The position numbers were made by a program, and so were the translations under genes. The notes below the pieces were generated by a model, which saw nothing but the letters and a program-made list of their open reading frames with translations, ran no database searches and was not told where the DNA came from. Shown in pieces: positions 19,304-30,509 of a stretch of DNA of 64,000 bases. The stretch is from Clostridiaceae bacterium (GTDB taxonomy: Bacteria; Bacillota; Clostridia; CAYPLH01; DUMO01): NCBI GenBank assembly GCA_012839865.1, contig DUMO01000051.1, positions 162,008 through 226,007 of the forward strand, written 5' to 3'. How positions within the stretch are numbered: the first letter of the stretch is position 1; the number at the start of each line of letters is the position of its first letter.

Positions 19304-20044
19304 TCAGCCAAAGGGCCGAATATCACCAAACTTGTTCATAATAATGGTGACAAGCACCACTCCGGCTGTCTCTGTTCTCAATATTCGTGGTCCTAATGAA
19401 ACCGGTTTGATACCGCTGCTTTGAGCAAGAGAAACTTCCTCCGGTGTGAATCCCCCTTCAGGACCTATAAACACCGAAACAGCATTACTTATATTTTCTA
19501 CACTCTGAGGGCGATTTTCAGCATTTTCATAAGCAATTACCCCTGAATTTCTTTTCACCGATTCAATTATTGCATCATTCAGATATACAGGTTCGGAGAT
19601 GTTCGGAATTTTCCCCCGGTTGCACTGCTTGGCTGCTTCCAGGGCTATTTTCCTCCATCTTGTCAGCTTTTTTTCTATATCTTTGTTCGAATCCAGCCTG
19701 ACAACCGTTCGTTCGGTTATTGTGGGAACGACTTCATCAACACCAAGCTCAATGCACTTTTGAACGATGTACTCGAACTTGTCTGCCTTTGGCAACCCTT
19801 GATACAGGGTTATTTTTACCGGCGGTTCATTGCTGTTTTTTGAAATATCAAGAATTTTTCCGGTTACAGCGTCATTTTCAATACCCGTTATGCTGACAAA
19901 GTAATCCTGCTCATTCCCGTCACATACGGTAATCCTGTCATCAATGCTTAGCCGGAGGACTCTTTTAATATGAATTACATCTTCACCTTTTATTGTTACA
20001 GTATTGCCATTTATATTTTCAGGGCTTACAAAGAATCTAGGCAT
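19304..20044 (-). CDS. rsmE: 16S rRNA (uracil1498-N3)-methyltransferase RsmE
   Basis: 246 aa. MPRFFV start, PUA-like N-domain, and SPOUT C-domain with IGPEGGFTPEEV. Confidence 0.85.
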   Translation of the reverse strand: MPRFFVSPENINGNTVTIKGEDVIHIKRVLRLSIDDRITVCDGNEQDYFVSITGIENDAVTGKILDISKNSNEPPVKITLYQGLPKADKFEYIVQKCIELGVDEVVPTITERTVVRLDSNKDIEKKLTRWRKIALEAAKQCNRGKIPNISEPVYLNDAIIESVKRNSGVIAYENAENRPQSVENISNAVSVFIGPEGGFTPEEVSLAQSSGIKPVSLGPRILRTETAGVVLVTIIMNKFGDIRPFG

Positions 20045-20970
20045 TTAAAAACTATCGCCACCCATTCCCCTTCAGTTATTATATCAATTGCCTTGTATCC
20101 TTTTTCGGAGAAGGCGTTTTGCACCTCGCCGGCTCTTTCCCTTATAATGCCCGAAGTTATCAAAACACCGTTTTCATCAATGTAATCAGGAATCTGTGGC
20201 GAAATACCTATTATTACATCAGCAATTATGTTTGCAGCAATCACATCGAACTTTTGTGGCTTTACATTTTCCAGCCTGCCCAAAAATACATCAATGTTAT
20301 CAACTTTGTTAAGTTGGGCATTGGTTTTTGTGGCTTTAACCGCAATTTCATCTATGTCCACAGCTGTAACATTTGATGCTCCGAGTTTTGAAGCTATAAT
20401 AGAAAGTATACCTGTTCCACATCCTATGTCAAGAACATTATTGCCTGCTTTAATATACTTTTCCAAAAGGGCCGCACACATTCGGGTTGTTTCATGCAAG
20501 CCTGTTCCAAAAGCCATGCCGGGATCGATTTCAACAACTATTTCATTCAGATTTTGTTTGTAATCTTCCCAGGTCGGCTTAATAATAATACTTTCAGAAA
20601 TACGTATAGGTTTATAATATTTCTTCCAGTTATTTGTCCAATCCTCGTCCTTCAAATTGGAAACACTGATTTTCATGCTTCCGCAGTCCAAATAGTTTGA
20701 CATGGCCTTGAGTTTTTCCGCAATCAAATCTTTTTTGTTCTGCTTTTCAAACTCCTCCGGAGAAAAGTATGCGCTTACCTTGACACTCTCCCCCAGGGAT
20801 TCGACAAGTTTATCATCCGCCCAGCCCGTTGAGTCCGGTTTTTGAAGTTCCCGTTTGAACTCTTCGGGGTCATGTATTTCCACACCTGAAGCTCCAAGTG
20901 CTGTAAGCATATCCGCTACTGCATCGGTAGCTTCACTTGTCGTTTCAATTGTAACTTTCAGCCAATCCAT
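20026..20970 (-). CDS. prmA: Ribosomal protein L11 methyltransferase
   Basis: 314 aa. MDWLKVTIET..., SAM motif VLDIGCGTGILSI, and FDVIAANI. Confidence 0.9.
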   Translation of the reverse strand: MDWLKVTIETTSEATDAVADMLTALGASGVEIHDPEEFKRELQKPDSTGWADDKLVESLGESVKVSAYFSPEEFEKQNKKDLIAEKLKAMSNYLDCGSMKISVSNLKDEDWTNNWKKYYKPIRISESIIIKPTWEDYKQNLNEIVVEIDPGMAFGTGLHETTRMCAALLEKYIKAGNNVLDIGCGTGILSIIASKLGASNVTAVDIDEIAVKATKTNAQLNKVDNIDVFLGRLENVKPQKFDVIAANIIADVIIGISPQIPDYIDENGVLITSGIIRERAGEVQNAFSEKGYKAIDIITEGEWVAIVFKCLDSL

Positions 20971-20979
20971 TTTTTATCC

Positions 20980-22119
20980 TCACATTCCTAAAGCATCTTT
21001 CATTTTATCAAAAAAGCTTTTTCTTTGCTCATATGCGTCGTCTCCACAGGCTTCAGCGAACTGTATAAGCAATTCCCTTTGTTTTTGTGTCAGCTTCTTT
21101 GGGACTTCCACGTTTACCTTCACATACTGGTCTCCCCGCCCGCTTCCGCGCAAATAAGGTATTCCCTTTCCTTTCAGTCTGAATACGGTTCCGGTTTGGG
21201 TTCCCTCGTTTATTTTATATGATACTTTTCCATCCAAAGTCGGAACTTCTATTTCAGCACCCAAAGCCGCCTGTACAAAAGTAATCGGTATTTCGCATAT
21301 AACATCGCTGCCCTGCCTTTTAAACAAAGGATGAGGCTTGACTCTTATGGAAATATAAAGGTCTCCCGGAGGGCCTCCCCTTTGACCCGGTTCACCTTCT
21401 CCCCTTAAAGATATTGTCTGCCCGTCATCTATACCAGCAGGCACTTTAACATCAATTTTAACGTTTTTCCTTATGTTGCCCCTGCCGCCGCAGGTGCTGC
21501 AGGGATTTGTTATAACCTTGCCTTCTCCATTGCAGACCTCACATGTCTTAACATTAATAAATTGTCCGAAAGGCGTGCTTTGCTTGTACTGAATCTGGCC
21601 GGTACCATTGCAATGTCTGCATGTTTCCGGACCTGAACCGGGTTTGGAACCGGTTCCTTTACAAGCGGTGCATTTTTCAGACCGATTTATATTAATCATC
21701 TTGTTGACACCAAAAGCTGCTTCTTCAAAAGTTATATCAAGACCATACTTGATATCAGCGCCTTTTCTTGGGCCGTTTTTTGTTCTTGCGGAGGATCTTC
21801 CAAAACCGCCGAAGAATGACTCAAATATATCTCCAAAACCGCCAAAGTCAAAATCGCCAAACCCACTGAATCCTCCAAATCCGCCATCCTGGCCCATACC
21901 GGCATGACCATACTGATCGTATCTGGCTTTTGTTACAGGGTTACTTAATACACTGTAAGCTTCATTTATCTCCTTGAACTTTGCCTCTGCTTCCTTGTCT
22001 CCCTGATTTACATCGGGGTGGTATTTTTTTGCAAGCTTCCTGTAAGCCTTCTTAATATCTTCAGCAGAAGCATTTCTATCCAGTCCTAAAATTTCATAGT
22101 AATCCCTTTTTTCAGCCAT
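20980..22119 (-). CDS. dnaJ: Molecular chaperone DnaJ
   Basis: J domain (DYYEILG...KKYHPD), a G/F-rich linker, and four CxxCxGxG repeats ([32 protein letters not shown]). Confidence 0.95.
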   Translation of the reverse strand: MAEKRDYYEILGLDRNASAEDIKKAYRKLAKKYHPDVNQGDKEAEAKFKEINEAYSVLSNPVTKARYDQYGHAGMGQDGGFGGFSGFGDFDFGGFGDIFESFFGGFGRSSARTKNGPRKGADIKYGLDITFEEAAFGVNKMININRSEKCTACKGTGSKPGSGPETCRHCNGTGQIQYKQSTPFGQFINVKTCEVCNGEGKVITNPCSTCGGRGNIRKNVKIDVKVPAGIDDGQTISLRGEGEPGQRGGPPGDLYISIRVKPHPLFKRQGSDVICEIPITFVQAALGAEIEVPTLDGKVSYKINEGTQTGTVFRLKGKGIPYLRGSGRGDQYVKVNVEVPKKLTQKQRELLIQFAEACGDDAYEQRKSFFDKMKDALGM

Positions 22120-22241
22120 GCAACCAACTCCATCCCGTCACAATTTAAACTGGTCCCCGGTGCTAATTCAACATAAAATGTAATTACTTGCTAACATTTT
22201 AAGGATTTTTAAGAACGCACCTTTACTTCATATAACTCAAA

Positions 22242-22266
22242 TTGAGAGGGCAAACCGCCCTCTCAA
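22242..22266 (-). terminator. Hairpin between dnaK and dnaJ (possible partial terminator or processing site)
   Basis: The - strand reads TTGAGAGGGC-GGTTT-GCCCTCTCAA followed by TTTGAG. A second short GC hairpin plus T6 lies at about 22275..22301. Confidence 0.4.
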
Positions 22267-22388
22267 CATTTATTGAAAAAAGCTCCGGGGCATGGGGCCC
22301 CTTCGCTTTAGACCGGATCTTACCCTCAAAATGAAAACTTAAAATCCGGCCCTTCTATTAAGAGTTGTATTAAAAACCCACAAAACAA

Positions 22389-24251
22389 TTATTTCTTGTT
22401 GTTATCCTTGTCATCATCAACAACTTCGTAATCGGCATCATATACATTTCCATCCCGGGTTTCGGATTGCCCTCCCTGCTGTCCGGGATCTGCATTAAAC
22501 CCCTGCTGACCCATGTTGGGATTCTTTTGATAAATTTTCGCCGATATATCATAAAATGCCTGGTTCAAAGCTTCTGTAGCCCTCTTGATGGCGTCTGTAT
22601 TGTTGCCTTTCAGAGCTTCCTTTACATTGTTTATTTCACTTTCAATTTTTGCCTTGTCAGCACTGTCAACCTTGTCACCAAGGTCCTTCAATGTCTTTTC
22701 TGCATGGTAAATGGCAGAATCCGCATTATTCTTCGCTTCGGCTGCTTCTTTTTTCTTTTTGTCTTCAGCTGCCGCCATTTCAGCTTCTTTTACTGCTCTT
22801 TGTATATCATTTTCGGAAAGATTTGTCGATGCGGTTATTGTTATATTCTGTTCATTACCTGTTCCAAGGTCCTTTGCAGAAACATGAACAATACCGTTTG
22901 CATCAATATCAAAGGTTACTTCTATTTGAGGAACTCCCCTTGGTGCAGGAGGTATTCCTGTAAGATGGAACCTTCCTAATGTCTTGTTGTCTGCAGCCAT
23001 TTCCCTCTCTCCCTGGAGGACATGTATTTCCACGCTTGTTTGCCCGTCAGCGGCAGTTGAGAATATCTGGCTCTTCTTTGTAGGGATCGTGGTATTCCTT
23101 TCAATAAGTTTTGTAAATACACCACCCAGTGTCTCAATACCCAATGACAATGGCGTAACATCCAGAAGGAGCAGGTCTTTCACATCCCCGGTCAATACAC
23201 CTGCCTGTATTGCTGCACCGATTGCTACACATTCATCAGGATTTATACCCTTGAAGGGTTCCTTCCCCAAATATTTCTTGACTGCTTCCTGAACAGCCGG
23301 AATCCTTGTAGAACCACCCACAAGAAGCACCTTGTCAACTTGATCCGGTGACAGTCCTGCGTCGCTTAAAGCCCTCCTGGTAGGTTCCATTGTTTTTTCA
23401 ATCAGGTCATGAGTGAGTTCTTCAAATTTTGCTCTTGTAAGAGTCATGTCAAGATGTTTTGGCCCACTGGCATCAGCTGTTATAAAAGGTAGGTTGATGT
23501 TTGTGGTTGTAACACTGGAAAGCTCAATCTTTGCCTTTTCAGCAGCTTCTCTGAGCCTTTGCAGTGCCATCTTGTCGTTTCTAAGGTCAATTCCATTCTC
23601 TCTCTTGAAGTTATCTGCAATGTAATCCAGTATTCTCTTGTCAAAGTCATCTCCGCCAAGCCTGTTGTTGCCGCTTGTAGCCAAAACTTCAAAAACACCG
23701 TCTCCGATTTCCAGTATGGACACGTCAAATGTACCGCCGCCCAGGTCGAAGACAAGAATTTTCTGGTCATGCTCCTTGTCCAGGCCATATGCGAGGGCAG
23801 CAGCAGTAGGTTCGTTTATTATTCTGAGAACCTCCAGACCTGCGATTCTTCCGGCGTCCTTCGTTGCCTGCCTTTGTGAGTCGCTGAAATATGCTGGAAC
23901 TGTAATAACTGCCTGGGTTACTTTTTCACCAAGGTATGCTTCTGCATCAGCTTTGATTTTTTGCAGTATCATTGCAGAAATTTCCTGAGGTGTATAATGC
24001 TTGCCATCTATAGCAATTTTCCTGTCAGTACCCATATCGCGCTTAATGGATATAACGGTTCTGTCAGGATTAGTTATTGCCTGCCTTTTTGCAACCTGTC
24101 CAACCAGTCTTTCACCGGTCTTTGAAAATGCAACCACGGACGGAGTAAGCCTGCTTCCTTCCTGGCTGGTTATTACAACAGGTTCACCACCTTCCATAAC
24201 TGCACAAACCGAGTTGGTTGTTCCTAAATCTATACCAATTACTTTTCCCAT
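22389..24251 (-). CDS. dnaK: Molecular chaperone DnaK (Hsp70)
   Basis: 620 aa with the Hsp70 signatures [21 protein letters not shown] and [12 protein letters not shown]. Confidence 0.97.
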   Translation of the reverse strand: MGKVIGIDLGTTNSVCAVMEGGEPVVITSQEGSRLTPSVVAFSKTGERLVGQVAKRQAITNPDRTVISIKRDMGTDRKIAIDGKHYTPQEISAMILQKIKADAEAYLGEKVTQAVITVPAYFSDSQRQATKDAGRIAGLEVLRIINEPTAAALAYGLDKEHDQKILVFDLGGGTFDVSILEIGDGVFEVLATSGNNRLGGDDFDKRILDYIADNFKRENGIDLRNDKMALQRLREAAEKAKIELSSVTTTNINLPFITADASGPKHLDMTLTRAKFEELTHDLIEKTMEPTRRALSDAGLSPDQVDKVLLVGGSTRIPAVQEAVKKYLGKEPFKGINPDECVAIGAAIQAGVLTGDVKDLLLLDVTPLSLGIETLGGVFTKLIERNTTIPTKKSQIFSTAADGQTSVEIHVLQGEREMAADNKTLGRFHLTGIPPAPRGVPQIEVTFDIDANGIVHVSAKDLGTGNEQNITITASTNLSENDIQRAVKEAEMAAAEDKKKKEAAEAKNNADSAIYHAEKTLKDLGDKVDSADKAKIESEINNVKEALKGNNTDAIKRATEALNQAFYDISAKIYQKNPNMGQQGFNADPGQQGGQSETRDGNVYDADYEVVDDDKDNNKK

Positions 24252-24303
24252 TCAAATTTACCCTCCTTGAGTATAAAAATAAAAACTGTCTATTTTTATT
24301 TAT

Positions 24304-24954
24304 TTAATTTGCAACTTTAACCATACTGTAACGTATTACTTTATCTTTGTATTTATACCCTTTCTGAAACTCTTCAACCACTATATTCGGTCCATAGGAT
24401 TCATCCTGGATATGCATAACCGCTTCCTGAAACAGTGGATCAAATTCTTTGCCCACACAATCTATATATTCTATCTCCAGATTTTTCATTGCTTCCTGGA
24501 ACTGGCGCAAAACAAGTTCAATTCCTTCTTTCATCGACTCAGCGCTTTCCTTGCTGCAGGCAAACTTGACAGCCCGCTCCAAATTGTCAAGAACCGGAAG
24601 AAATGTTCCTGCAATACTTGCAAGGACTTCTCCATAATAACTTTCTCTTTCTTTTGCAACCCTTTTTTTATAATTGTCAAACTCAGCTGCAATGCGTTGT
24701 AATTTTTCAAAATATTCATCACAGCTGCGTGATTTATTTTCCAATTCAGCTTTTAACCTTTCAATCTCGGCTTTTTGCACCTCCATTTCTTCATTCGTTT
24801 TACCAGAATCAGATTTTTCATTTGCGTTTTCACCGTTGATTCCACTTTCAACGCTTTTTACGCTCTCTTCCGAATTTAGATCGGTTTCTTCTTTTTTTTC
24901 AGCTATGTCAATACTCTCAGTCTGCTCTTCGGAATGTTTTTTATTGTTTTTCAT
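24304..24954 (-). CDS. grpE: Nucleotide exchange factor GrpE
   Basis: 216 aa. Acidic N-terminus, coiled coil, GrpE core FDNYKKR...LPVLDNLERA...FDP..H.A. Positioned between hrcA and dnaK. Confidence 0.9.
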   Translation of the reverse strand: MKNNKKHSEEQTESIDIAEKKEETDLNSEESVKSVESGINGENANEKSDSGKTNEEMEVQKAEIERLKAELENKSRSCDEYFEKLQRIAAEFDNYKKRVAKERESYYGEVLASIAGTFLPVLDNLERAVKFACSKESAESMKEGIELVLRQFQEAMKNLEIEYIDCVGKEFDPLFQEAVMHIQDESYGPNIVVEEFQKGYKYKDKVIRYSMVKVAN

Positions 24955-25036
24955 TATTGCTGTCCTCCTTGCAGTATCTTCTTAAAGCCATATTTTCCTA
25001 TTTGTTTCATTCTGCCCGGCATCTTATATTTGTCCA

Positions 25037-26098
25037 TTATTCTTCATCCACTATATCACCAATAAGCTTTCTGATCTCCTGATCCAGTTTTTTTCTGATG
25101 TAATGAATGGATGAAATAACTTTTGAATATTCCATCCTGGTAGGTCCAATTATCCCAAAAGTACCTTTGATGGAATTTCCTATTCTATATGATGTCAGCA
25201 CGACAGTGCAGTCCTTGACTTCCTCAAATTCATTTTCCCGGCCTATTTTAATGTTAATCGGCCGGTTGCTGTCGTCACTGAAAAGAATCTTCTGTATAAC
25301 TTCCTTTTCATCAAGCATCGAAAGGAACTCTTTCGCTCTTACTGTGTCACTGAATTCAGGATAATTAAAAATATTCGTTGCTCCATCAAAAAACACTTCA
25401 GAGTCATCTGCCAGATTGATGCAATCCGTCACTCCCTTGATAATGGGCGTTATCAAATTATAATCCAAACCAATTGCATCACCTGATTTTTTAAGCAAAT
25501 CAAAATCTATCCTGTCCAAAGTGCGTCCACTCAAATGCTCATTCAAAAAATTCGATACTCTAAGCAACATATCAGGAGTTAAAATGTTTGACACCTTTAC
25601 AAGAACATTTTTTACCATCCCTGTATTTGTAATACCAACTACAAGGGCTTTTCCGGAGTCAATATAAACTACCTGCACTGTTTTTAGTGATTTCTTTTTT
25701 GACAAGGGCGCAGATGCAAGGGAAGTATATCTGGTAACCTTGGATACCACATTGGAAGCATTGCGTATGAACTGGCTCAATTCACTGATTGTTCCCTCCA
25801 GTGCATTTCTGATACTTTCCATTTCTTCAGTGGAAGGTATCCTGGGCTCCATCAATTGGTCCACATAAAACCTGTAGCCTTTATCTGAGGGAACTCTCCC
25901 TGCAGAAGTATGAGGTTGCTCAAGATAACCCATTTCCTCCAGATCTGCCATTTCGTTTCTGATGGTTGCCGAGCTTAAAGACAATTCATGCCTTTTTGAG
26001 ATGCTCCTTGAACCAACAGGCTCTGCTGAATGGATATAGTCATCAATTATTGCCCTCAGTATTAACTTTTTCCTTTCACTCAACCTTTCGAAAGGCAT
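25037..26098 (-). CDS. hrcA: Heat-inducible transcription repressor HrcA
   Basis: The start was trimmed to MPFERLSERKKLILRAIIDDYIHSAEPVGSR (ATG 26098), because the longer track ORF would run through the CIRCE operator. Winged helix plus HrcA C-domain. Confidence 0.9.
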   Translation of the reverse strand: MPFERLSERKKLILRAIIDDYIHSAEPVGSRSISKRHELSLSSATIRNEMADLEEMGYLEQPHTSAGRVPSDKGYRFYVDQLMEPRIPSTEEMESIRNALEGTISELSQFIRNASNVVSKVTRYTSLASAPLSKKKSLKTVQVVYIDSGKALVVGITNTGMVKNVLVKVSNILTPDMLLRVSNFLNEHLSGRTLDRIDFDLLKKSGDAIGLDYNLITPIIKGVTDCINLADDSEVFFDGATNIFNYPEFSDTVRAKEFLSMLDEKEVIQKILFSDDSNRPINIKIGRENEFEEVKDCTVVLTSYRIGNSIKGTFGIIGPTRMEYSKVISSIHYIRKKLDQEIRKLIGDIVDEE

Positions 26099-26124
26099 CT
26101 TTCCCTTCTCCCTTTTTAAATTTA

Positions 26125-26151
26125 TTAGCACTCTGTTGTATTGAGTGCTAA
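26125..26151 (-). promoter_or_regulatory. CIRCE operator (HrcA binding site)
   Basis: A perfect TTAGCACTC-N9-GAGTGCTAA, located 27 nt upstream of the hrcA ATG. Confidence 0.9.
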
Positions 26152-26162
26152 TGCATATTTTA

Positions 26163-26191
26163 AAAATACCACCATAAGGTTTTTTTGTCAA
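26163..26191 (-). promoter_or_regulatory. Sigma-A-type promoter of the hrcA-grpE-dnaK-dnaJ operon
   Basis: The - strand reads TTGACA-17 nt-TATTTT, with TGn just upstream of the -10 box. It sits immediately upstream of CIRCE. Confidence 0.5.
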
Positions 26192-26679
26192 GAGGTAATA
26201 TGGATAATATTTGTTATAGTTCAGGAGACGTTGTTCAACTGAATACACCTGTACATTTACTATTATTTGCTTAAAAATAGCCGGTATGCTGTTAAATTAT
26301 TCATGAAATATTATGTAATAAAATTGTCCACTTGCCACAGTGGAACTCCTTCTGAACAATCAGCTCCGGTACTGAAATTTTTCTTTAACTTAATGAAATG
26401 TATGCAGAAAAATAGCAATTGGCCTTATTTTGTTAGAAAACCAGGTGAGATGAAGGCAAAAATGCGTGAAAAAAACAGGATGTTTTTTTAGCTTTTTTTA
26501 AGCCTGTGAGGGCGAGTAAAAAGCGGTAGCATTTTTGACTTCAGTGAACCGTCGGTTTTCTCAAAATATGGGCCTTGTTATTTTCTGCATACATTTCATA
26601 TATTACATATGTACAGCATCTCAGTACCGATACTGATTGTTTATTTGCTGGCTGCTTTAATTGCTTGTGTCATAAGAGC

Positions 26680-27834
26680 TTATATAAATTCCACAAATAC
26701 CTGGTTTGCCAGGTCCAGCCCTGTTTCCGTAAGGCAGATCCTGTTGTCCTCTGTTTTAAGCAATCCCCGGCTTTTCAGCTCCTCTATTTTTTCCCCATAG
26801 AGTTCATAAATATTGATACCATATCTTTTTTCAAAATGCTCGGGACTAATGCCATCTATCAGTCTTAACCCAAGTATCATATACTCTTTAATGCTTTCCA
26901 TCGTATCTATTATACCTTCGCTGTAAGATGCAGAGCCCTTTAAGTTTATTTTATTTATGTATTCGGAAGGACTTTCCTCATTGCCGAACCTTTCCCCCAA
27001 AATATAGGAGTGGGACCCTGCACCGACCCCAAGATATTCACATGCATTCCAGTAGATCATATTATGCCTGCTTTCAAATCCCGAAAGAGCAAAGTTTGAG
27101 ATTTCGTAATGCCTGTACCCTGATTTTTTTAGTTCCCTGACAACATGATGATACATCATCCTGTCAAGTTCCTCTGGAATGGCCAATGATTCATCCTCCT
27201 GAATAAGCTTGTCCATCGGAGTACCCTCTTCCACTTTCAGGCTGTAACAGGAAATATGCTCTGGCTTTAAGCTTATGACATTTTGCAGGGTTGACATCCA
27301 ATCTTCCATTGTCTGGCCCGGCAATCCAAACATCAAGTCTATATTGATATTCATAAATCCGGCATTTCGCGCCTCGTTAAAATTCACAATAAAGTCATTG
27401 GCTGTGTGAATTCTTCCAATTGATTTCAAAAGCCTGTCCTGCCAGGACTGAAGGCCGATGCTCAGCCTGTTTATGCCTGCACTGTGATATGCATGAAGCT
27501 TTGAACTGTCCAATGTGCCCGGATTGGATTCTATTGTTATTTCCGCATCTTTACATACGGAAAAATTCCTGAAAATAACTTTCAGAAGGCTGTCAATTGA
27601 TGCCCCGTCCAATATTGAAGGAGTTCCTCCACCTATATATATGGTACTGATTTTTTTGTCCTTCAATTTACCGGCATATATCTCAATCTCTGTTTTGAGG
27701 GCATTGATGTATTCTGGTATCAAACTGTCAAGCCCGGGATATGAATTGAAGTCACAGTAATAACATTTAGCCTTGCAAAAGGGTATATGAACATAAAGTC
27801 CAATCTCATGAGACACAAAAAATCCTTCTTTCAT
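26680..27834 (-). CDS. hemW: Radical SAM family heme chaperone HemW (HemN-like, oxygen-independent coproporphyrinogen oxidase family)
   Basis: 384 aa. Radical-SAM cluster motif [14 protein letters not shown] and a HemN_C-type C-terminal domain. Sits at the lepA-hemN/hemW position as in Bacillus. 4-nt overlap with lepA. Confidence 0.85.
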   Translation of the reverse strand: MKEGFFVSHEIGLYVHIPFCKAKCYYCDFNSYPGLDSLIPEYINALKTEIEIYAGKLKDKKISTIYIGGGTPSILDGASIDSLLKVIFRNFSVCKDAEITIESNPGTLDSSKLHAYHSAGINRLSIGLQSWQDRLLKSIGRIHTANDFIVNFNEARNAGFMNINIDLMFGLPGQTMEDWMSTLQNVISLKPEHISCYSLKVEEGTPMDKLIQEDESLAIPEELDRMMYHHVVRELKKSGYRHYEISNFALSGFESRHNMIYWNACEYLGVGAGSHSYILGERFGNEESPSEYINKINLKGSASYSEGIIDTMESIKEYMILGLRLIDGISPEHFEKRYGINIYELYGEKIEELKSRGLLKTEDNRICLTETGLDLANQVFVEFI

Positions 27835-29642
27835 GTATCCAGTTTAAGCACGCTCATGAAAGCTTCCTGGGGCACCTCGACAGACCCTACCTGCCGCATT
27901 CTCTTTTTACCTTCTTTTTGCTTTTCCAAAAGCTTTTTCTTTCTTGTGATGTCTCCTCCGTAGCATTTGGCAAGAACATCCTTGCGGTAGGCTTTAACAG
28001 TTTCCCTTGCTATAATTTTTTGCCCTATGCATGCCTGAATAGGTATTTCAAACTGCTGGCGGGGTATTGCCTCTTTGAGCTTCTCCGCAATTCTTCTTCC
28101 CTTTGCATATGCCTTATCCTTGTGAACTATGATTGAAAGTGCATCCACCAGCTCAGAGTTCAACAGAATATCAAGCTTCACCAGATCAGACTCTTTGTAT
28201 CCTATCAGTTCATAGTCAAGGGATGCATAACCCCGGGTTCTGGATTTTAATGCATCAAAAAAATCATAAATAATTTCATTGAGAGGAATCTCATAGGTAA
28301 GCATGACCCTGCTTTCATCAATATAGGACATATCCTTGAAGACGCCTCGCCTGTCCTGGGCAAGCTCCATTATGTTACCGATAAACTCTGCAGGTGTCAT
28401 GATGCTTACTTTTACAATCGGCTCCTCGGTCTTTAAAATTTCAGTCGTAGGCGGCATATTTACAGGATTGTCCACTCTTACAACTTCTCCGCTTGTTTTG
28501 GTAATATAGTATATTACGCTTGGCGCAGTAGTTACAAGGTCAAGATCATATTCCCGCTCCAGCCTTTCCTGAATTACTTCCATGTGCAAAAGTCCGAGGA
28601 ATCCGCAGCGAAAGCCAAATCCCAGGGCAACCGAGGATTCTGGTTCAAAAACAAGGGACGCATCATTCAACTGAAGCTTCTCTAAAGCGTCTCTAAGGTC
28701 CTGGTATTTTGCCCCGTCAGCCGGGTATATTCCGCAAAACACCATGGGATTCACCTTCTTGTATCCCGGAAGCGCTTCACTTGCAGGATTGTCAGCCAGG
28801 GTAATTGTATCTCCCACCCTTGTGTACTTTACATTTTTGATGGCGGCGGCAATGTACCCTACTTCTCCTGCCAAAAGTTCGTTTCCAGGAATCAGGCCGC
28901 CTGGCTTGAAATAACCCACTTCAGTTACATCAAACTCTTTTTTGGTGTTCATCATTAAAATACGATCCCCAACCCTGACTCTTCCTTCCTTGACTCTGAT
29001 ATATACAATAACGCCTTTGTAACTGTCGTAGAAAGAGTCAAAAATAAGCGCTTTCAGGGGAGCCTCCTCATCACCGGACGGTGGCGGAAGTTTTGATACA
29101 ATCTGCTCCAGTACGCTCTCTATATTGATGCCGTTTTTGGCTGATATAAGGGGTGCATCCTGCGCATCCAGTCCAATAACATCTTCAATTTCTTTTTTAA
29201 CATAATCCGGCCGTGCACTGGGCAGGTCTATTTTATTTATAACAGGAAGGATTTCAAGATTCTGCTCAATTGCAAGATAAACATTGGCAAGAGTCTGTGC
29301 TTCTATGCCCTGCGTTGCGTCCACGACTAAAACTGCTCCCTCACAGGCAGCAAGACTTTTGGAAACTTCATAATTAAAATCCACATGACCGGGAGTGTCA
29401 ATCAAATTAAATATATATTCGTTGCCATCACCGGCTTTGTAAACCAGCCTTACAGCCTGGGCCTTTATTGTGATTCCTCGTTCCCTTTCAATATCCATAT
29501 TGTCAAGAACCTGTTCTTCCATTTCTCTTTCTGTAAGAACACCGGTTTTTTCGAGAATCCTGTCAGCCAGTGTTGACTTACCATGGTCAATGTGCGCAAT
29601 TATGCAAAAATTACGAATTCTGTTCTGCCTTTCTCCTGCCAT
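27831..29642 (-). CDS. lepA: Translation elongation factor 4 (LepA)
   Basis: The start was trimmed to [28 protein letters not shown] (ATG 29642 after GGAGGAG). G motifs [17 protein letters not shown] and NKID, plus the LepA C-terminal domain. Confidence 0.95.
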   Translation of the reverse strand: MAGERQNRIRNFCIIAHIDHGKSTLADRILEKTGVLTEREMEEQVLDNMDIERERGITIKAQAVRLVYKAGDGNEYIFNLIDTPGHVDFNYEVSKSLAACEGAVLVVDATQGIEAQTLANVYLAIEQNLEILPVINKIDLPSARPDYVKKEIEDVIGLDAQDAPLISAKNGINIESVLEQIVSKLPPPSGDEEAPLKALIFDSFYDSYKGVIVYIRVKEGRVRVGDRILMMNTKKEFDVTEVGYFKPGGLIPGNELLAGEVGYIAAAIKNVKYTRVGDTITLADNPASEALPGYKKVNPMVFCGIYPADGAKYQDLRDALEKLQLNDASLVFEPESSVALGFGFRCGFLGLLHMEVIQERLEREYDLDLVTTAPSVIYYITKTSGEVVRVDNPVNMPPTTEILKTEEPIVKVSIMTPAEFIGNIMELAQDRRGVFKDMSYIDESRVMLTYEIPLNEIIYDFFDALKSRTRGYASLDYELIGYKESDLVKLDILLNSELVDALSIIVHKDKAYAKGRRIAEKLKEAIPRQQFEIPIQACIGQKIIARETVKAYRKDVLAKCYGGDITRKKKLLEKQKEGKKRMRQVGSVEVPQEAFMSVLKLDT

Positions 29643-29839
29643 TAATTCTCCTCCATAAAAAATAACTTGTAATACGATTATTCCCCAAAAGGTGAATAGT
29701 TGAAACTTCACTTGCAATTTATATGCCGGAACGATTCTTTCCGCTATATAAAATATGTGAAATTGCCAGCCTGATTTTAAGTACAGCACTAATAAACCAT
29801 CCTGGGGAACCGGTATAATACAATTTTTAGCACCTTAAA

Positions 29840-29868
29840 ATTATACAGAAAAAATATCAGTGTTGCAA
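29840..29868 (-). promoter_or_regulatory. Candidate sigma-A-type promoter upstream of lepA
   Basis: The - strand reads TTGCAA-17 nt-TATAAT. It would give a leader of about 190 nt. Confidence 0.35.
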
Positions 29869-30036
29869 TAATACAACTGAGTTTATAACTGTGAGGAAGG
29901 AATTGCCTCACCTGACAAGGCAAATGCAACCTTGCATTGTTTTAAGGTTGCATTTATATCCTGGATTAAGGGGGTAATCACTTTATTAAGCTAATAATAC
30001 AAACAATATGTTTCCATGGTCAAGACATGTAAAATA

Positions 30037-30330
30037 TTATTCCCGGGCATCAGCCCTGAAAAAATTTTTAATTCTTTGAATCTCCCTTTTCAGATAAAAT
30101 GTGTTCAAGTAAGCCTTATTGTTCATAATTGAAAATTCATATAGTGAATTCCCGGTATAATTCATTTTAAATAATCCTGTATGCTTATCCTGCCCCATTA
30201 GCATGCCAATTGAATAATCAACAGAATACAAGCCGCATAGAAGCAGGCAAATGGCCAGTATTACTGCAAGAAAGCAATGCTTCCTGTATTTTCTCAATTT
30301 CCGGTAAAAGTCAAGTCTTGTCATATCCAC
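30037..30330 (-). CDS. Hypothetical small membrane protein, in the position of B. subtilis yqxA between spoIIP and lepA
   Basis: 97 aa. Basic N-terminus, then one hydrophobic span (CFLAVILAICLLLCGLY). The call rests on gene order only, and the SD is weak. Confidence 0.45.
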   Translation of the reverse strand: MDMTRLDFYRKLRKYRKHCFLAVILAICLLLCGLYSVDYSIGMLMGQDKHTGLFKMNYTGNSLYEFSIMNNKAYLNTFYLKREIQRIKNFFRADARE

Positions 30331-30509
30331 TACCTGTAATTTGAAATTTGCCTGTTACTATTTGGAGTCAAAGTTAATGCATGAGAAATATTCATGCAGC
30401 AAATCAAATTATTAACTTTATTTGGTGAATTTATTCACAGACAAATCCATCAGGAATACATACTGCATTGCCGCTATCATACCAGCCTTCATTTTCAGTT
30501 ATCAGTAAT

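Noticed and set aside
26267-26491. 74-aa + strand ORF between hemW and hrcA
   Set aside because: It lies opposite to all neighbours, has no SD, gives a Lys/Phe-rich AT-driven translation, and sits in the spacer just upstream of the hrcA promoter.
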